DNA of 64,000 nucleotides from Patescibacteria group bacterium (GCA_004321885.1 SCQK01000013.1:64001-128000); one strand, 5' to 3'. Counted from the first letter of the stretch, positions 34,124 through 44,831 are shown. Notes: generated by a model from the sequence alone, not told the origin. Translations and numbers: made by a program.

Positions 34124-35347
34124 TTATTCGTAACGCAAAGCGTCTATCGGGTTAAGGGCCGCCGCACGCCTGGCCGGATAATAGCCAAAGATTATGCCGA
34201 TGGCGGCGGAAACGCCGAAAGCCAACAAGATCGAAAACAGCGAAACTTTAGTCTGCAAAATACCCAGCCGGGTGACGCCGAATGAGATCAGCCAACCCAA
34301 AATTACGCCGATCAGACCGCCCAAAAAAGTAAGCGCCACGGCCTCGGTTAAAAACTGAAAATTTATCTCATTGCGCTTGGCGCCGATGGCTTTGCGCAAA
34401 CCGATTTCCCTGGTTCTTTCCGTTACCGTGGTTAACATCATATTCATAATGCCGATGCCTCCCACCACCAGCGAGATGCCGGCCACGGCGGCCAAAAGGA
34501 TCGTAAACGTCTGGGTAACGCTGGAAGCGGCGGCTACGATGTCGGCCTGGTTTAGGGTGTTGAAATCTGCCAATTGCGGATCGGAAATATTATGTCTGTT
34601 CAGCAACAAGCCGGTAATCTCTTGCTGTATTTCGGCCATTGATTGTGAATCTTTGGCTTGCACGCTGATGGTGGTAACGTAAGAATCACCGGCCAAAAAT
34701 TTTTGCGCCGTGCTGATGGGAATAAAAATCATGTCATCCTGACTGCCAAAACCGCCTCCGCCTTTTGTCCTGGTGATGCCGATAATCTTAAACTCTATGC
34801 CCCTGACGCGTATTACCTGTCCCACGGCCTGCACGCCCTCGCCAAACAAGTCATCGCGCGCCGTGGGCCCGAGCACCGCCACTTTGGACAGCCCGCGCAA
34901 GTGCTGTTCGGATATAAAATCTCCCTGGTCTATCTGTATATTTCGCACAGCCGGATAAGCGGGCACGGTGCCAACTACCGAGGTGTTGGTGTTCTTGCCT
35001 TTGGCCGTTACCTGATAACGGCCGGATATCTCGGGAGCGACCGCCTGGGCCAGGGTGATTTCTTTGATGATGGCGTCGGCATCGGCCTGGGTGAGAGTGC
35101 GGGCCGAGCCGCGCCCGGCGCTAACCTGAAAACCCGGCCCTCTCTGCGCCCCGGGCATTACCAAAATCAAATTGGAGCCGATTGATTGAATACTGTTTTG
35201 AATAGTGCCTTTGGCTCCTTCACCGATGGCGATCATGGCTATCACCGAGCTGATACCGATGACAATGCCCAGAATGGTCAAAAACGACCGCGCTTTGTTG
35301 GCGGAAAGGGCCATATATGTTTCCTGCATCATGTCGCTTGTTTTCAT
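34124..35347 (-). CDS. ABC transporter permease, FtsX/MacB family
   Basis: N-terminal TM, large periplasmic domain, C-terminal FtsX-like 3-TM bundle (...LTFLGGLIGVILGWLISFGV...). Confidence 0.8.
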   Translation of the reverse strand: MKTSDMMQETYMALSANKARSFLTILGIVIGISSVIAMIAIGEGAKGTIQNSIQSIGSNLILVMPGAQRGPGFQVSAGRGSARTLTQADADAIIKEITLAQAVAPEISGRYQVTAKGKNTNTSVVGTVPAYPAVRNIQIDQGDFISEQHLRGLSKVAVLGPTARDDLFGEGVQAVGQVIRVRGIEFKIIGITRTKGGGGFGSQDDMIFIPISTAQKFLAGDSYVTTISVQAKDSQSMAEIQQEITGLLLNRHNISDPQLADFNTLNQADIVAAASSVTQTFTILLAAVAGISLVVGGIGIMNMMLTTVTERTREIGLRKAIGAKRNEINFQFLTEAVALTFLGGLIGVILGWLISFGVTRLGILQTKVSLFSILLAFGVSAAIGIIFGYYPARRAAALNPIDALRYE

Positions 35348-36039
35348 ACTCGTGTTTTAGCGTCGTTCACCAATTCGCCGTCTCTGATGGAAATAACCCT
35401 GCCGGCGTGCTGCGCCACTTCTCGTTCATGGGTGATCAAAACGATAGTCCGACCCTGTTCTTGATTCAATTTTTGAAATGTTTCCAGAACGATTTTTCCG
35501 GTTTTGGTATCCAAATTGCCGGTGGGCTCATCGGCTAAAATCAAAACCGGATTGTTGACCAGGGCCCGGGCAATGGCCACGCGCTGTACCTGCCCGCCCG
35601 ACAATTGATTGGGGCGGTGTTCAAAACGGCTTTCTTCCAAACCGGCCGCTTTCAGAGCCAAAGTGGCGCGCTCCTCCCTTTCCTTCTCTTCCACTTCGGC
35701 GTAGACGAGCGGCAACATTACGTTTCTTATCACCGTGGCCCTGGGCAAAAGATTAAATTGCTGGAAGACAAAACCGATTTTATTTTTGCGCAAATCAGCC
35801 AGTTCATCCTCGGAAAAATCAGCCACGTTTTTGTCGTTAAAAAAATACGCGCCGGAAGTGGGGTTGTCCAAGGCCCCCAAAATATGCATAAGCGTGGACT
35901 TGCCCGAACCGGAAGGGCCCATAATAGCGACAAACTCGCCGTCTTCTATCTTGAAACTAACGCCTTTTAGAGCCTGAAATTGACCGCCATCGCCGCTAAT
36001 GTAGGTTTTTACGACATTCTTAACCTCTAACATAATCAA
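35344..36039 (-). CDS. ABC transporter ATP-binding protein (MacB/LolD-like)
   Basis: [15 protein letters not shown] (Walker A), [15 protein letters not shown] (signature), [11 protein letters not shown] (Walker B). Confidence 0.9.
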   Translation of the reverse strand: MIMLEVKNVVKTYISGDGGQFQALKGVSFKIEDGEFVAIMGPSGSGKSTLMHILGALDNPTSGAYFFNDKNVADFSEDELADLRKNKIGFVFQQFNLLPRATVIRNVMLPLVYAEVEEKEREERATLALKAAGLEESRFEHRPNQLSGGQVQRVAIARALVNNPVLILADEPTGNLDTKTGKIVLETFQKLNQEQGRTIVLITHEREVAQHAGRVISIRDGELVNDAKTRV

Positions 36040-37856
36040 CGGGTTTGCATCCGGAAAGTGCCGCCGCCCGCCCCTCCCGCGCCCCGATTGCCGCCTCCAC
36101 CAAACAAACTGGGGGCCTGCTGGCTTGGCGCGGCGGCCGTCTGGGTGATGGTTCTTGAAACCACCAAATCACCTTCCTTCAGTCCGCTTATAATTTCAAT
36201 GGAAGTATCGTTGGAAATGCCTGTCTCCACGTTTTGCCGGCGCGGCGGCGCAGCCGATATAACGCCCTGATTGCCGCCCGCCTGCGACACGCCGTCTAAA
36301 ATTTCCACGTAACTGGCATCGCCTTGCGTTTTTACGGCGGCCGAGGGAATTAGCAAAACATCTTGTTTCACGTCGGTGATTATGGAAGCCGAAACGCTCA
36401 TGCCCGGCTTGACTTGTTTGTCCTGCGTATCAAAAACGATTTTCACGTTATAGGTGACCACTCCCTGCGTTACCGTTCCAAGCGCATCAATTTCCGCAAC
36501 CTTGCCCGTCATATTCAAACCCTCTATGGCGTCAAACGTCAAAGTGGTTTTTTGACTCGGCTTGACTTTGGCCGCGTCAACCTCGTTTAAAGAAATCTCG
36601 GCCAGCTTCTGTTTGGTAATCAACGTGGCGGCCGCGACTCCGGCTGAAAGAGAATCGCCTTTTTTTACGGTCACCGAAGCCACCACCCCGTCAAACGGGG
36701 CGCGCACCGCGTAATCGGCCAGCTTTTCCCGGGCATCAGTCAAGGCATTCACGCGCTGGGCCACTGCCAGCTCCTGGGATTTTATATCCAACGGATCCGC
36801 CCCCCCCTTTAAGTCGGCCAGCGACAATGTCTTTTCCGTGATGGCGCGGTCGGCGCTGACAATACTATTTTTGGCGCTGTCTATGGCCTGCTTCGCCGAT
36901 AACAAATTCGCCAGCTGGTTGTTGACCTTGGCGGTGAAAGAATCAAGCGATGTCTGGTGGGTGGACACGGCCGCCGGAATCGTGATTCTAATCTGTGATT
37001 GGGCCTGTATCATGGCGTTTTGCGCCGCGTCCACAAAATCATTCATATTTTTCACCGCGTCGGCTATCAGCTTGGCTGTTTCATAAGTTTCAAAAATAAT
37101 ATTTTCCAAAGTGGAAGTGGAAGAGACGCGCGAAGACAATTTGTAGGCGTCAAAGGTAGTATTAAAATCAATGCGCGCCTTGTCATAAGAATTCACCGCG
37201 TCATTTTTATAGCTAACGTATTTGGGATAATTGGCATAATCGTATTGCGCCGACTGCTCCAGATACCAGTTTATGTTTGACTTGGTCGCGTCAAAAGTTT
37301 TGCCGTAAATCATGTCCTCCAATCCCGTCATTGTGGCGGGCAAATCCAAAAAAGCGGCGGCCACGTCATTGTAGCCGTCATCGTAAGACTTGTCTAAATC
37401 GCTTTGGGCCGTGACTTTCGCTTCCCTGGATTGTTCCAAGTCATTTTCCGCCTGCAAAACAGACAGCGGATCAGCCGCCTTTTTCAATTTATTCAAAGAC
37501 AATTTGGCCGAAGTTAGATTTGACTGGGCGTCACGCACGGCTTTCAAGGCGTCCTTGGCGTTAAGCGAAACCAAAATCGCGCCGGCCTTCACTTCTTGCC
37601 CCTGTTTTACCGCCACGTAAAGAACATCGCCCGATGCTTTTGCTTTGGCATCGGCCTGGTTGGACGCCGCTATCTGCCCGCTGCCGGTAATGGAATTTAT
37701 CAACGTTCCTCTTTCCGCGGCCGCCAAAACATATCTAATTTCCGTTTTACCGCCGGCCGCGGCTTTAATGATATAGTAACCTCCGAACGCGAGCGCGATT
37801 ATTATCAGCCCGAAAATTATTTTATGATTTTTCACGAATTGTAAAATTTTTCGCAT
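36036..37856 (-). CDS. Periplasmic adaptor (HlyD/MacA-like membrane fusion protein) with long coiled-coil and Gly-rich C-terminal tail
   Basis: N-terminal TM, extensive coiled-coil, beta-barrel/lipoyl-like motifs, C-terminus GGGGNRGAGGAGGG; translationally coupled to the ABC ATPase. Confidence 0.7.
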   Translation of the reverse strand: MRKILQFVKNHKIIFGLIIIALAFGGYYIIKAAAGGKTEIRYVLAAAERGTLINSITGSGQIAASNQADAKAKASGDVLYVAVKQGQEVKAGAILVSLNAKDALKAVRDAQSNLTSAKLSLNKLKKAADPLSVLQAENDLEQSREAKVTAQSDLDKSYDDGYNDVAAAFLDLPATMTGLEDMIYGKTFDATKSNINWYLEQSAQYDYANYPKYVSYKNDAVNSYDKARIDFNTTFDAYKLSSRVSSTSTLENIIFETYETAKLIADAVKNMNDFVDAAQNAMIQAQSQIRITIPAAVSTHQTSLDSFTAKVNNQLANLLSAKQAIDSAKNSIVSADRAITEKTLSLADLKGGADPLDIKSQELAVAQRVNALTDAREKLADYAVRAPFDGVVASVTVKKGDSLSAGVAAATLITKQKLAEISLNEVDAAKVKPSQKTTLTFDAIEGLNMTGKVAEIDALGTVTQGVVTYNVKIVFDTQDKQVKPGMSVSASIITDVKQDVLLIPSAAVKTQGDASYVEILDGVSQAGGNQGVISAAPPRRQNVETGISNDTSIEIISGLKEGDLVVSRTITQTAAAPSQQAPSLFGGGGNRGAGGAGGGTFRMQTR

Positions 37857-37857
37857 A

Positions 37858-38328
37858 CTAAGGCATAACCCTGATAAATTTCGCTTCTATCTGGCCAACG
37901 TCATTGGGCGAGCCGATGACCACGATATAACTGTCAACTTTCAAATCCCCGGGCTTGACCAAATCGCGAAAAAAACGGATGGCGGTGTTGTCTTTAAGCA
38001 AAACTATCTTTTCCATGCCTTCGCGACTTTTAATCACCAACTGCTTATCTTCAATTTTAATGATTTGCCCGAAAACGCCGTTGGCATTCATAAAATCTCG
38101 GCTTCCTATGACGTTCATCATGCCCATAAAGCCCGTTCTCGGACCGCCGAAATTGCGATGGTAATTATCGCTCCAGCGGTAAGAAAAGCCGGCTTTTCTG
38201 GCGCCGACAAACACGCCAGCTTGAAAAACAAAAAGCAGTAAAAGCAGGCAGCCGACGGACAAGACGGCGATGATAAACGATTTTGACGCCAAAAAGCTAC
38301 TTTTGATATTGATATTTTTGTTCTCCAT
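37858..38328 (-). CDS. Hypothetical membrane-anchored protein
   Basis: TM segment FIIAVLSVGCLLLLLFVF, then soluble domain; no recognisable motif. Confidence 0.4.
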   Translation of the reverse strand: MENKNINIKSSFLASKSFIIAVLSVGCLLLLLFVFQAGVFVGARKAGFSYRWSDNYHRNFGGPRTGFMGMMNVIGSRDFMNANGVFGQIIKIEDKQLVIKSREGMEKIVLLKDNTAIRFFRDLVKPGDLKVDSYIVVIGSPNDVGQIEAKFIRVMP

Positions 38329-38716
38329 AAATTATGATGCCGCGCACGAACAGCCTTAGCGATATTAAAAGCGCCAAAACCGCGGCGAGCAAAATTATTA
38401 AACCCATCACCGGCAATGATTCAAGCAAAGACCAGGCAAAATCCTGCCAATAGGCGTAGACCGAGCCAAAATCGGAAAATAACAGGGAAAAAAACTTAAA
38501 AAATCCGGATTCGGCAAAACCGCGCCCGGCCAGACGCAGGGCGCCCACCAGCGCGACCGCCGAACACAACGTACTGGCGAAAAAAATTACCAGTTTCCGC
38601 CTTAAAGCCAAAAATACCCGCTCTTTTTGAATGCGGTTCATTACTTTATCCAAAAGTTCCTCAGCCGGCCGGGGCGAACTTATATTGGTAAACAATTTTT
38701 CAAAATCTTGGCGCAT
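38297..38716 (-). CDS. Hypothetical membrane protein downstream of the ECF sigma factor (possible anti-sigma factor)
   Basis: Position immediately 3' of the sigma-70 ECF gene, single central TM; the function call is inference only. Confidence 0.35.
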   Translation of the reverse strand: MRQDFEKLFTNISSPRPAEELLDKVMNRIQKERVFLALRRKLVIFFASTLCSAVALVGALRLAGRGFAESGFFKFFSLLFSDFGSVYAYWQDFAWSLLESLPVMGLIILLAAVLALLISLRLFVRGIIIYGEQKYQYQK

Positions 38717-38778
38717 ATTATTCGCCTTAAAAAAAGACCTCTGCTAACTAATACGCACGGGGTCCTTGTTTTGGTGCG

Positions 38779-39345
38779 CTAATCCGCCCGCAAAAGCTTT
38801 TTTAGGGCTACCAGCGCGCGCAAATGGCGGCTTTTTACGGTGTTAAGCGGTTCGTCCAAAGTTTCGGCGATTTCTTGAAAAGTAAGATGGTCGTTGTAAT
38901 GAAGAAACAGCACATCGCGGTAAGCCGGGGCCAATGAAGCCACGGCCCGGGCCAATTCCTCCGCTAAATTTTTCCGCTCGTACAGCTCCGCGGGCAATGG
39001 CGACGGATCGGCTAATGTCTCTTCAAACCTCTCCGCTTCTTCAGCGCCCGAGTCCAATTGAGAAAAAACCGGCATCTTTTTTTTGCGTAAAAAATCAACG
39101 GCCGTATTATGGGCGATTCTGAAAATCCACGGTTTGAAACTTTTTGTTTGGTCAAATTTCTTCAAATTGCGCCAACATTTGACAAAAGTTTCTTGGGCCG
39201 CGTCTTCGGCATCGGGCGCGTTGCCAAGCCGCCTGTATAAAAAAGCGTAAATCGGCCCCAGCCAGCGGGAAAACAAAAACTCCAGCGCCTTTTGGTCGCC
39301 GCTTAAATATTCGGCCACGAGTTGTGGGTCGGACAATTCTTGCAC
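38779..39345 (-). CDS. RNA polymerase sigma-70 family (ECF-type) sigma factor
   Basis: Region 2 (AAQETFVKCWRNLKKFDQTKSFKPWIFRIAHNTAVDFLRKKK) and region 4 (HLTFQEIAETLDEPLNTVKSRHLRAL). Start placed at GTG 39345 (…LVQELSDPQLVAEY…). The track ORF extends over the divergent promoter and is too long. Confidence 0.7.
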   Translation of the reverse strand: MQELSDPQLVAEYLSGDQKALEFLFSRWLGPIYAFLYRRLGNAPDAEDAAQETFVKCWRNLKKFDQTKSFKPWIFRIAHNTAVDFLRKKKMPVFSQLDSGAEEAERFEETLADPSPLPAELYERKNLAEELARAVASLAPAYRDVLFLHYNDHLTFQEIAETLDEPLNTVKSRHLRALVALKKLLRAD

Positions 39346-39394
39346 AAGATAAAGTATATCATTATTTTTGAAAATGTGGTATAATATTGTCGCT

Positions 39395-39898
39395 ATGCCA
39401 GACATAAGCGAGGAGAAACCGTTAGCGGCAGTTGAAGAGAAACCAGCCACTGAAAACGAAACCGAAACGCCCCAGGCGGACCCGGCCGTTGTTGAAGTTG
39501 AGCAAGCGCCGGAAACGGACGAAAAGAAGCCTGAAGCAGAGCCGGCAAGAACCGAGGCTGTCTCCAAGCCGCGTTTTTCGCCTTTCAAAAAACCCGCTCT
39601 GCATTTGCCTCAAAGCCGAGACGAGGTCACGATGAAGATTGAAAAAATTTTAGAGGACGGCTTGAATGAACCATACCAACGCCTGTCGCCCATCGCGCGC
39701 AAGGAATTCAAACTCAAAGGCGAGCAGACCGCGGCCAAAATCCGCGAGCTGATGAGAAGCGCGCGCGTGAAAGCGAAAAAAATCTTGCGCCTGATTTTGG
39801 AGTGGCTAAAAATGCTGCCCGGCATAAACAAATTTTTTCTGGAACAGGAAGCGAAGATAAAAACGGATAAGATAATGGCGCTCAAGAGGGTTTCTTAA
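39395..39898 (+). CDS. Hypothetical acidic/Pro-rich protein upstream of the VirB4-like ATPase
   Basis: MPDISEEKPLAAVEEKPATENETETPQADP... then helical C-terminal half. Extended -10 (TGgTATAAT) 9 nt upstream gives a near-leaderless transcript. Confidence 0.45.
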   Translation: MPDISEEKPLAAVEEKPATENETETPQADPAVVEVEQAPETDEKKPEAEPARTEAVSKPRFSPFKKPALHLPQSRDEVTMKIEKILEDGLNEPYQRLSPIARKEFKLKGEQTAAKIRELMRSARVKAKKILRLILEWLKMLPGINKFFLEQEAKIKTDKIMALKRVS

Positions 39899-39900
39899 CT

Positions 39901-42447
39901 ATGTTTGAAGAACTCCGCCCCATTCTTGATTTCCTCTCCCAAAATAAAGCATTCATGCTTGTACTCCCCTACCTCGGCGGAGCGTTCGCGCTTTGGATTT
40001 TTTTGAAAATCCTACGTTCGGCATTTCACGCCGGCGGACAAAACAGCCGCGCCTATCACAAAGCCGTCCTTGTCATCAAAGTGCCCAAAGAAAAAAAACA
40101 CGAGGGCCAGCAAAACACCACGGCCGCCGAAGACAACATCACTCAAATCCGCGAGCAAATCGCCATTGCCGAAACACTCTTCTCGGCCATCGCCGGCCTG
40201 CGCCGCGAAAAAAGTTTTTTCCGCTGGCTAATCGGGCGCAACGACCACCTATCGTTTGAAATCGCGGTCATTGACAGCAAAATAAATTTCTACGTGGCCG
40301 TGCCCGAAAAATTAAAAAACTTCGCCGAACAGCAAATCCACGCCCAATACCCACACGCCGAAATATTGGAAGAGCCCGATTACAACATCTTTAAGCCGCA
40401 AAGCCATATTTTGGGCGCCAGCTTGTGGTTCAAATACCGCTCGGCTTTTCCGTTCAAGACCTACAAAAAAATTGACAGCGACCCCCTGCTTGCTTTGCTG
40501 AATCCGCTAAGTAAAATTTTGGACAACGAGGGCGCGCTTATCCAATACATCGTGCGGCCGGCCTCGCCCAAATGGCGACGCCAGGGCGTGCACATGATTC
40601 GCGACATTAAAGAGGGACAGAAATTTGAATACGTGGCCCGGCGCGGAAAAATTTTACGCTCCCTGATGCGTTGGAAAAAAGCGATTTTCCCCAAACGGCC
40701 AGACCCTTCCAAACAAACCAGCGTAGCCGAACCTTATCACTTGACTCAAATGGAAGAAGAGATGGTGAAGTCAATGGAAGAAAAGCTCTCCCACGGCGGG
40801 CTGGAGATTACGATTCGCGTCGTCAGCTCGGCCGACAATAAAGAAAAGGCCCAGCTCAATTTGGAAAATATCTTGAACGCGTACAGCCAATACAATATAT
40901 ATAGGTATGGCAACTCGTTTGGCGCGGCCGTGCCCCGCCGGCCCGGCGCCCTGATACGCGATTCCATTTTCCGCAACTTTGACGACAAGCGCTATATGGT
41001 GGCGGCCACTGATGAAATGGCCAGCTTTTGGCACTTGCCCAACCCGCACACCGAGACCCCGCACATCAACTGGCTGGGGGCGCGCAAGGCTCCGCCGCCG
41101 GTCAACATGCCGAAAGAAGGCGTAATACTGGGCCGGGCTGTTTACCGAACCGAGGAAACCATTGTGCGCAGCCAGCGAACCGACCGCCGCCGTCATCTGT
41201 ACACCATCGGCAAATCCGGCGTAGGCAAATCCAACCTGATACAAAATATGGCCGTTCAAGACGTGCAAAACGGGGAAGGTATCTGCATCATAGACCCGCA
41301 CGGGGATTTCGTGGAATACGTTTTACAACACGTACCCAAAGAACGCGCCGACGACGTGATATATTTTAATCCGGCAGATATTGAGCGTCCGATCGGTTTG
41401 AACATGCTGGAAGTGCGCACCGAAGAGCAAAAGGATTTCGCCACCCAGGAAATGATTTCTATTTTTTACAAATTAGTCACGGACCCGGCCATGATCGGCC
41501 CCATGTTTGAACATAACATGCGCAATGTGATGCTGACCCTGATGTCGGACCTGGAAAACCCGGGCACCATCGCCGAAATTCCGCGCATGTTCACCGACGA
41601 TGAATTCGTGAAGGGCTGGAAGAAAAAATTGACCGACCCCATGGTCTTGGCTTTTTGGGAAAAAGAAATGGCCAAGACCTCGGACTTTCACAAATCCGAA
41701 ATGCTCGGGTATTTAATTTCCAAAGTCGGCCGCTTTGTGGAAAATGCCATGATACGCAATATCATCGGCCAGTCGCATTCGGGTTTTAATTTCCGCGAAG
41801 TGATGGACAGTAAAAAAATTCTGCTGGTGAATTTATCCAAAGGTTTAGTGGGAGAAATAAACTCAAACCTTTTAGGTCTGATTATCGTATCCAAACTGCA
41901 AATGGCCGCTCTGGAGCGCGCCTCCATGCCCGAAGAACAGCGCCATGATTTTTACTTATATATGGACGAGTTTCAAAATTTTATTACCGATTCCATCGCC
42001 ACGATTTTGTCCGAAGCGCGAAAATACCGCCTGTGCCTGGTGATGGCGCACCAATATTTGAAACAGCTGGAAGACAACAAGGGCAAGACCGCGGTGCGCG
42101 ACGCGGTGCTGGGCAACGCCGGCACCATCGCCGCTTTCCGCATGGGCGTGGAAGATGCCGAGGTGCTGGTGAAAGAATTCACGCCGGTCTTTAACGCGTA
42201 CGACTTGGTAAATATAGAACAATACACGGCCTATGTAAAATTGCTTATTGACAACACGGCCGCGAAACCGTTTAATATGATGACCTACCCCCCCACCCCG
42301 GGCAACAAGGAACTGGCCGCGGCCATCAAAGAGCTGTCGCGCCTGAAATACGGCCGGCCGCGCGAAATAGTGGAAGCCGAGATAATTGAACGGGCACAAC
42401 TGTCCGCGATAGGGGGGAAAGCCGAGTTAAGCGAAGCGTCGCTCTAG
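39901..42447 (+). CDS. VirB4/TrbE/TraC-superfamily (DUF87-type) P-loop ATPase with N-terminal TM and membrane-proximal domain
   Basis: N-terminal TM (FMLVLPYLGGAFALWIFLKIL); Walker A TIGKSGVGKSNLIQNM at about residue 430; Walker B-like FYLYMDEFQNFIT about 250 aa later; 848 aa. The N-terminal 400 aa are homologous to the separate ORF at 48700-50118. Confidence 0.6.
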   Translation: MFEELRPILDFLSQNKAFMLVLPYLGGAFALWIFLKILRSAFHAGGQNSRAYHKAVLVIKVPKEKKHEGQQNTTAAEDNITQIREQIAIAETLFSAIAGLRREKSFFRWLIGRNDHLSFEIAVIDSKINFYVAVPEKLKNFAEQQIHAQYPHAEILEEPDYNIFKPQSHILGASLWFKYRSAFPFKTYKKIDSDPLLALLNPLSKILDNEGALIQYIVRPASPKWRRQGVHMIRDIKEGQKFEYVARRGKILRSLMRWKKAIFPKRPDPSKQTSVAEPYHLTQMEEEMVKSMEEKLSHGGLEITIRVVSSADNKEKAQLNLENILNAYSQYNIYRYGNSFGAAVPRRPGALIRDSIFRNFDDKRYMVAATDEMASFWHLPNPHTETPHINWLGARKAPPPVNMPKEGVILGRAVYRTEETIVRSQRTDRRRHLYTIGKSGVGKSNLIQNMAVQDVQNGEGICIIDPHGDFVEYVLQHVPKERADDVIYFNPADIERPIGLNMLEVRTEEQKDFATQEMISIFYKLVTDPAMIGPMFEHNMRNVMLTLMSDLENPGTIAEIPRMFTDDEFVKGWKKKLTDPMVLAFWEKEMAKTSDFHKSEMLGYLISKVGRFVENAMIRNIIGQSHSGFNFREVMDSKKILLVNLSKGLVGEINSNLLGLIIVSKLQMAALERASMPEEQRHDFYLYMDEFQNFITDSIATILSEARKYRLCLVMAHQYLKQLEDNKGKTAVRDAVLGNAGTIAAFRMGVEDAEVLVKEFTPVFNAYDLVNIEQYTAYVKLLIDNTAAKPFNMMTYPPTPGNKELAAAIKELSRLKYGRPREIVEAEIIERAQLSAIGGKAELSEASL

Positions 42448-42448
42448 T

Positions 42449-42475
42449 GTCATTCCGGCCCCCGAGCCGGAATCC
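42449..42475. repeat. Palindromic element, family A variant (GTCATTCCGGCCCCCGAGCCGGAATCC), intergenic before dnaX
   Basis: Read directly; inner hairpin CCGGC-CCCCGA-GCCGG. Confidence 0.6.
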
Positions 42476-42481
42476 AGTAAC

Positions 42482-43987
42482 ATGTCCACCCTCTACCGCC
42501 TCTACCGCCCGCAGAAGTTCGCCGACGTGACGGGCCAAGAGCACATCATCCAAACCATAACCAACGAGATATGCGCCGCTAAAACGGCGCATGCTTATCT
42601 ATTCTCGGGCCCGCGCGGCACCGGCAAGACCACCCTGGCCCGTCTGCTGGCTAAGGCCGTGAACTGCCAAAACCGCAAAGATGGGGAATCTGAACCGTGC
42701 AATGAGTGCCCATCTTGCGCGGAAATTTCCGCCAGCCGCAATATAGACGTAATGGAAATAGACGCGGCCTCGCATACGGGCGTGGAAAATGTGCGCGAAA
42801 ATATCATAGACAGCGCGCAATTTCAGCCCACCAAATCCAAATACAAAATTTTCATCATAGACGAGGTGCACATGCTTTCCACTCCGGCTTTCAACGCCCT
42901 GCTCAAAACCCTGGAAGAGCCGCCGGCGCACGTGATTTTCGTGCTGGCCACCACCGAACTGCAAAAACTGCCGGCTACCATTGTATCGCGCTGTCAACGT
43001 TTTACCTTCAAAAAAATCGGCTTTGACCAGATGATGAGCAAACTTTTGAAAATCTGCAAAGACCAGGACGTAAAGGTGGACAAAAAAGTGCTGGAGCGGG
43101 TGATAAACAAAAGCGACGGCTGTATGCGCGACGCTGAATCCCTGCTTGGTCAAATTTTAACGTTGAATCAAAAAAATATCGGGCCCGAAGACGCGGAAAT
43201 GATTTTGCCCACGTCCAATGCGCGACAGATTTTGAATTTCGTGGATGCAATTTTGAACCGCGACGTTAAAAGCGCCGTGGCTCTGATAAACGAACTGGTT
43301 TCCGACGGCGTGAATCTGGAGCAATTCGCCTATGACGCGCTGGAAATTTTGCGCCTGCTGATGATTTTGCAATACGACCCAACCAAGGAAATTTTGGATT
43401 ACAGCGACGAAGACGCCAAACTGATTAAAAAAATGACCAAACAGGCGCCGGCCGAGCAGATTATAAAATTAACGGACGCGCTGATGGCGCGCCGAGCGCA
43501 AATTAAATCCGCGCCTATTCCCCAGCTGCCCCTGGAGCTCTTCGCCGTGGAATTCTCAAACTGTCATTCCGGACTTGATACGGAATCCATCGCCGCCAAC
43601 TGTCATTCTGAGGCCCCGCTTAGCGGGGACGGAGAATCCCTCTCGCCATCTATCACGCAAAAAATCAAAACCACTCTGGACGAAATTAAAAACAAGTGGC
43701 ACGATATAACTGCCGGCCTCACCGAACAAAATCACTCACTCGGCTTTATCCTGAAAATGGGCGAACCGGCCAGAATGGAAGGAAATGAACTGTATTTGCG
43801 CGTGCCATTTTCCCTGCACAAAGAAAAAATTGAAGAGCAAAAAACCAAAAAATTGATAGAGGGCGCGATGACAGACGCCTTTGGGGAAAAAATTTGCCTG
43901 ATTTGCGAGGTGACGCAGGCGCAAAATGATGATGGCGAAATCACCCAGCTCGCGAGTGAATTTGGGGGTGAAGTTGTCTCACTCTAA
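42482..43987 (+). CDS. dnaX: DNA polymerase III subunit gamma/tau with two in-frame palindromic inserts near the C-terminus
   Basis: GPRGTGKTTLARLLAKAVNC (Walker A), zinc module CNECPSCAEISASRNIDVMEIDAAS, Walker B KIFIIDEVHMLS, sensor SRCQRF; inserts CHSGLDTESIAANCHSEAPLSGDGESLS from elements at 43563-43588 and 43602-43640. Confidence 0.9.
   Translation: MSTLYRLYRPQKFADVTGQEHIIQTITNEICAAKTAHAYLFSGPRGTGKTTLARLLAKAVNCQNRKDGESEPCNECPSCAEISASRNIDVMEIDAASHTGVENVRENIIDSAQFQPTKSKYKIFIIDEVHMLSTPAFNALLKTLEEPPAHVIFVLATTELQKLPATIVSRCQRFTFKKIGFDQMMSKLLKICKDQDVKVDKKVLERVINKSDGCMRDAESLLGQILTLNQKNIGPEDAEMILPTSNARQILNFVDAILNRDVKSAVALINELVSDGVNLEQFAYDALEILRLLMILQYDPTKEILDYSDEDAKLIKKMTKQAPAEQIIKLTDALMARRAQIKSAPIPQLPLELFAVEFSNCHSGLDTESIAANCHSEAPLSGDGESLSPSITQKIKTTLDEIKNKWHDITAGLTEQNHSLGFILKMGEPARMEGNELYLRVPFSLHKEKIEEQKTKKLIEGAMTDAFGEKICLICEVTQAQNDDGEITQLASEFGGEVVSL
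43563..43640. repeat. Two adjacent family A palindromic elements (GTCATTCCGGACTTGATACGGAATCC and GTCATTCTGAGGCCCCGCTTAGCGGGGACGGAGAATCCC) in frame in dnaX
   Basis: Read directly; the ORF remains open through both. Confidence 0.65.
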
Positions 43988-43997
43988 CCATCCCCAC

Positions 43998-44831
43998 ATG
44001 AAAATAATTATAATATCTTTATTACTAATCCTTGCTCCGGTCGCAGTTTCGTCAAAAACTCTAGTCAACCTTAACGTGCCCTTTACTCCGGAAACACCGG
44101 ACAATGTTTGGACAGCGCCCTGGAAAGACGCCTGCGAAGAGGCCAGTATCGTGATGGTCAGCCAATATTATTTAGGCAAACAAAACGCGCTCATACCAAA
44201 AGCGGCCGCCAAGGCGCTGATGCAAAAATATTTTACGATAGAAAACAAAATTTTTGGCTGGAACGCCAACACCGACGCGGCGCATACGGCTAAACTCATA
44301 AACGAGCACTCAAAAATTTTTGCCGCGGAAATAAAAAACAATCCGACGTTGGCAGAAATTAAAGCCGAGGTACAGGCCGGCCGGCCGGTAATTGCCGCCT
44401 TAAACGCTCTTGCGTTGACAAAAATCAACGACCATTTGCGCTTCCGCCGCAACGGCTCGTATTATCACATGCTGGTCATAGTGGGCTATGACGATGAAAC
44501 GAACGAGTTTATCGTGAACGATAACGGCGATTACAGCGGACTTGACCATCGCTACAGTTATGATATTATAATGGACTCTTTGCGCGATTACAGCTACAAA
44601 ACGCACAAGGCGAACGGCCCGGCGCGGGCGTTATTTACTTATCGCAAAATGCTGGCCAAAACCGCGACCAGCAACCGAATTTATTGGATAGAAAAAAATG
44701 TGAAACAATACGTCACCCACCCGGCCGTATTCAAACAACGCGGTTGGAGATGGGCCAACGTGCAGGTGGTGGAAAAAAGTGTGTTGGATGGGTTGACCAG
44801 CGGCACGCCAATCGCGCCATTGTCATCCTGA
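43998..44831 (+). CDS. Secreted peptidase C39-like (papain-fold cysteine peptidase, BtrH-like) protein; the stop codon is supplied by a family B palindromic element
   Basis: Signal peptide MKIIIISLLLILAPVAVSS; CEEASIVMVSQYY (catalytic Cys) and YYHMLVIVGYDDE...VNDNG (His). The ORF ends ...PLSS* where TGA lies inside gtcatccTGA of the element at 44822-44846. Confidence 0.6.
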   Translation: MKIIIISLLLILAPVAVSSKTLVNLNVPFTPETPDNVWTAPWKDACEEASIVMVSQYYLGKQNALIPKAAAKALMQKYFTIENKIFGWNANTDAAHTAKLINEHSKIFAAEIKNNPTLAEIKAEVQAGRPVIAALNALALTKINDHLRFRRNGSYYHMLVIVGYDDETNEFIVNDNGDYSGLDHRYSYDIIMDSLRDYSYKTHKANGPARALFTYRKMLAKTATSNRIYWIEKNVKQYVTHPAVFKQRGWRWANVQVVEKSVLDGLTSGTPIAPLSS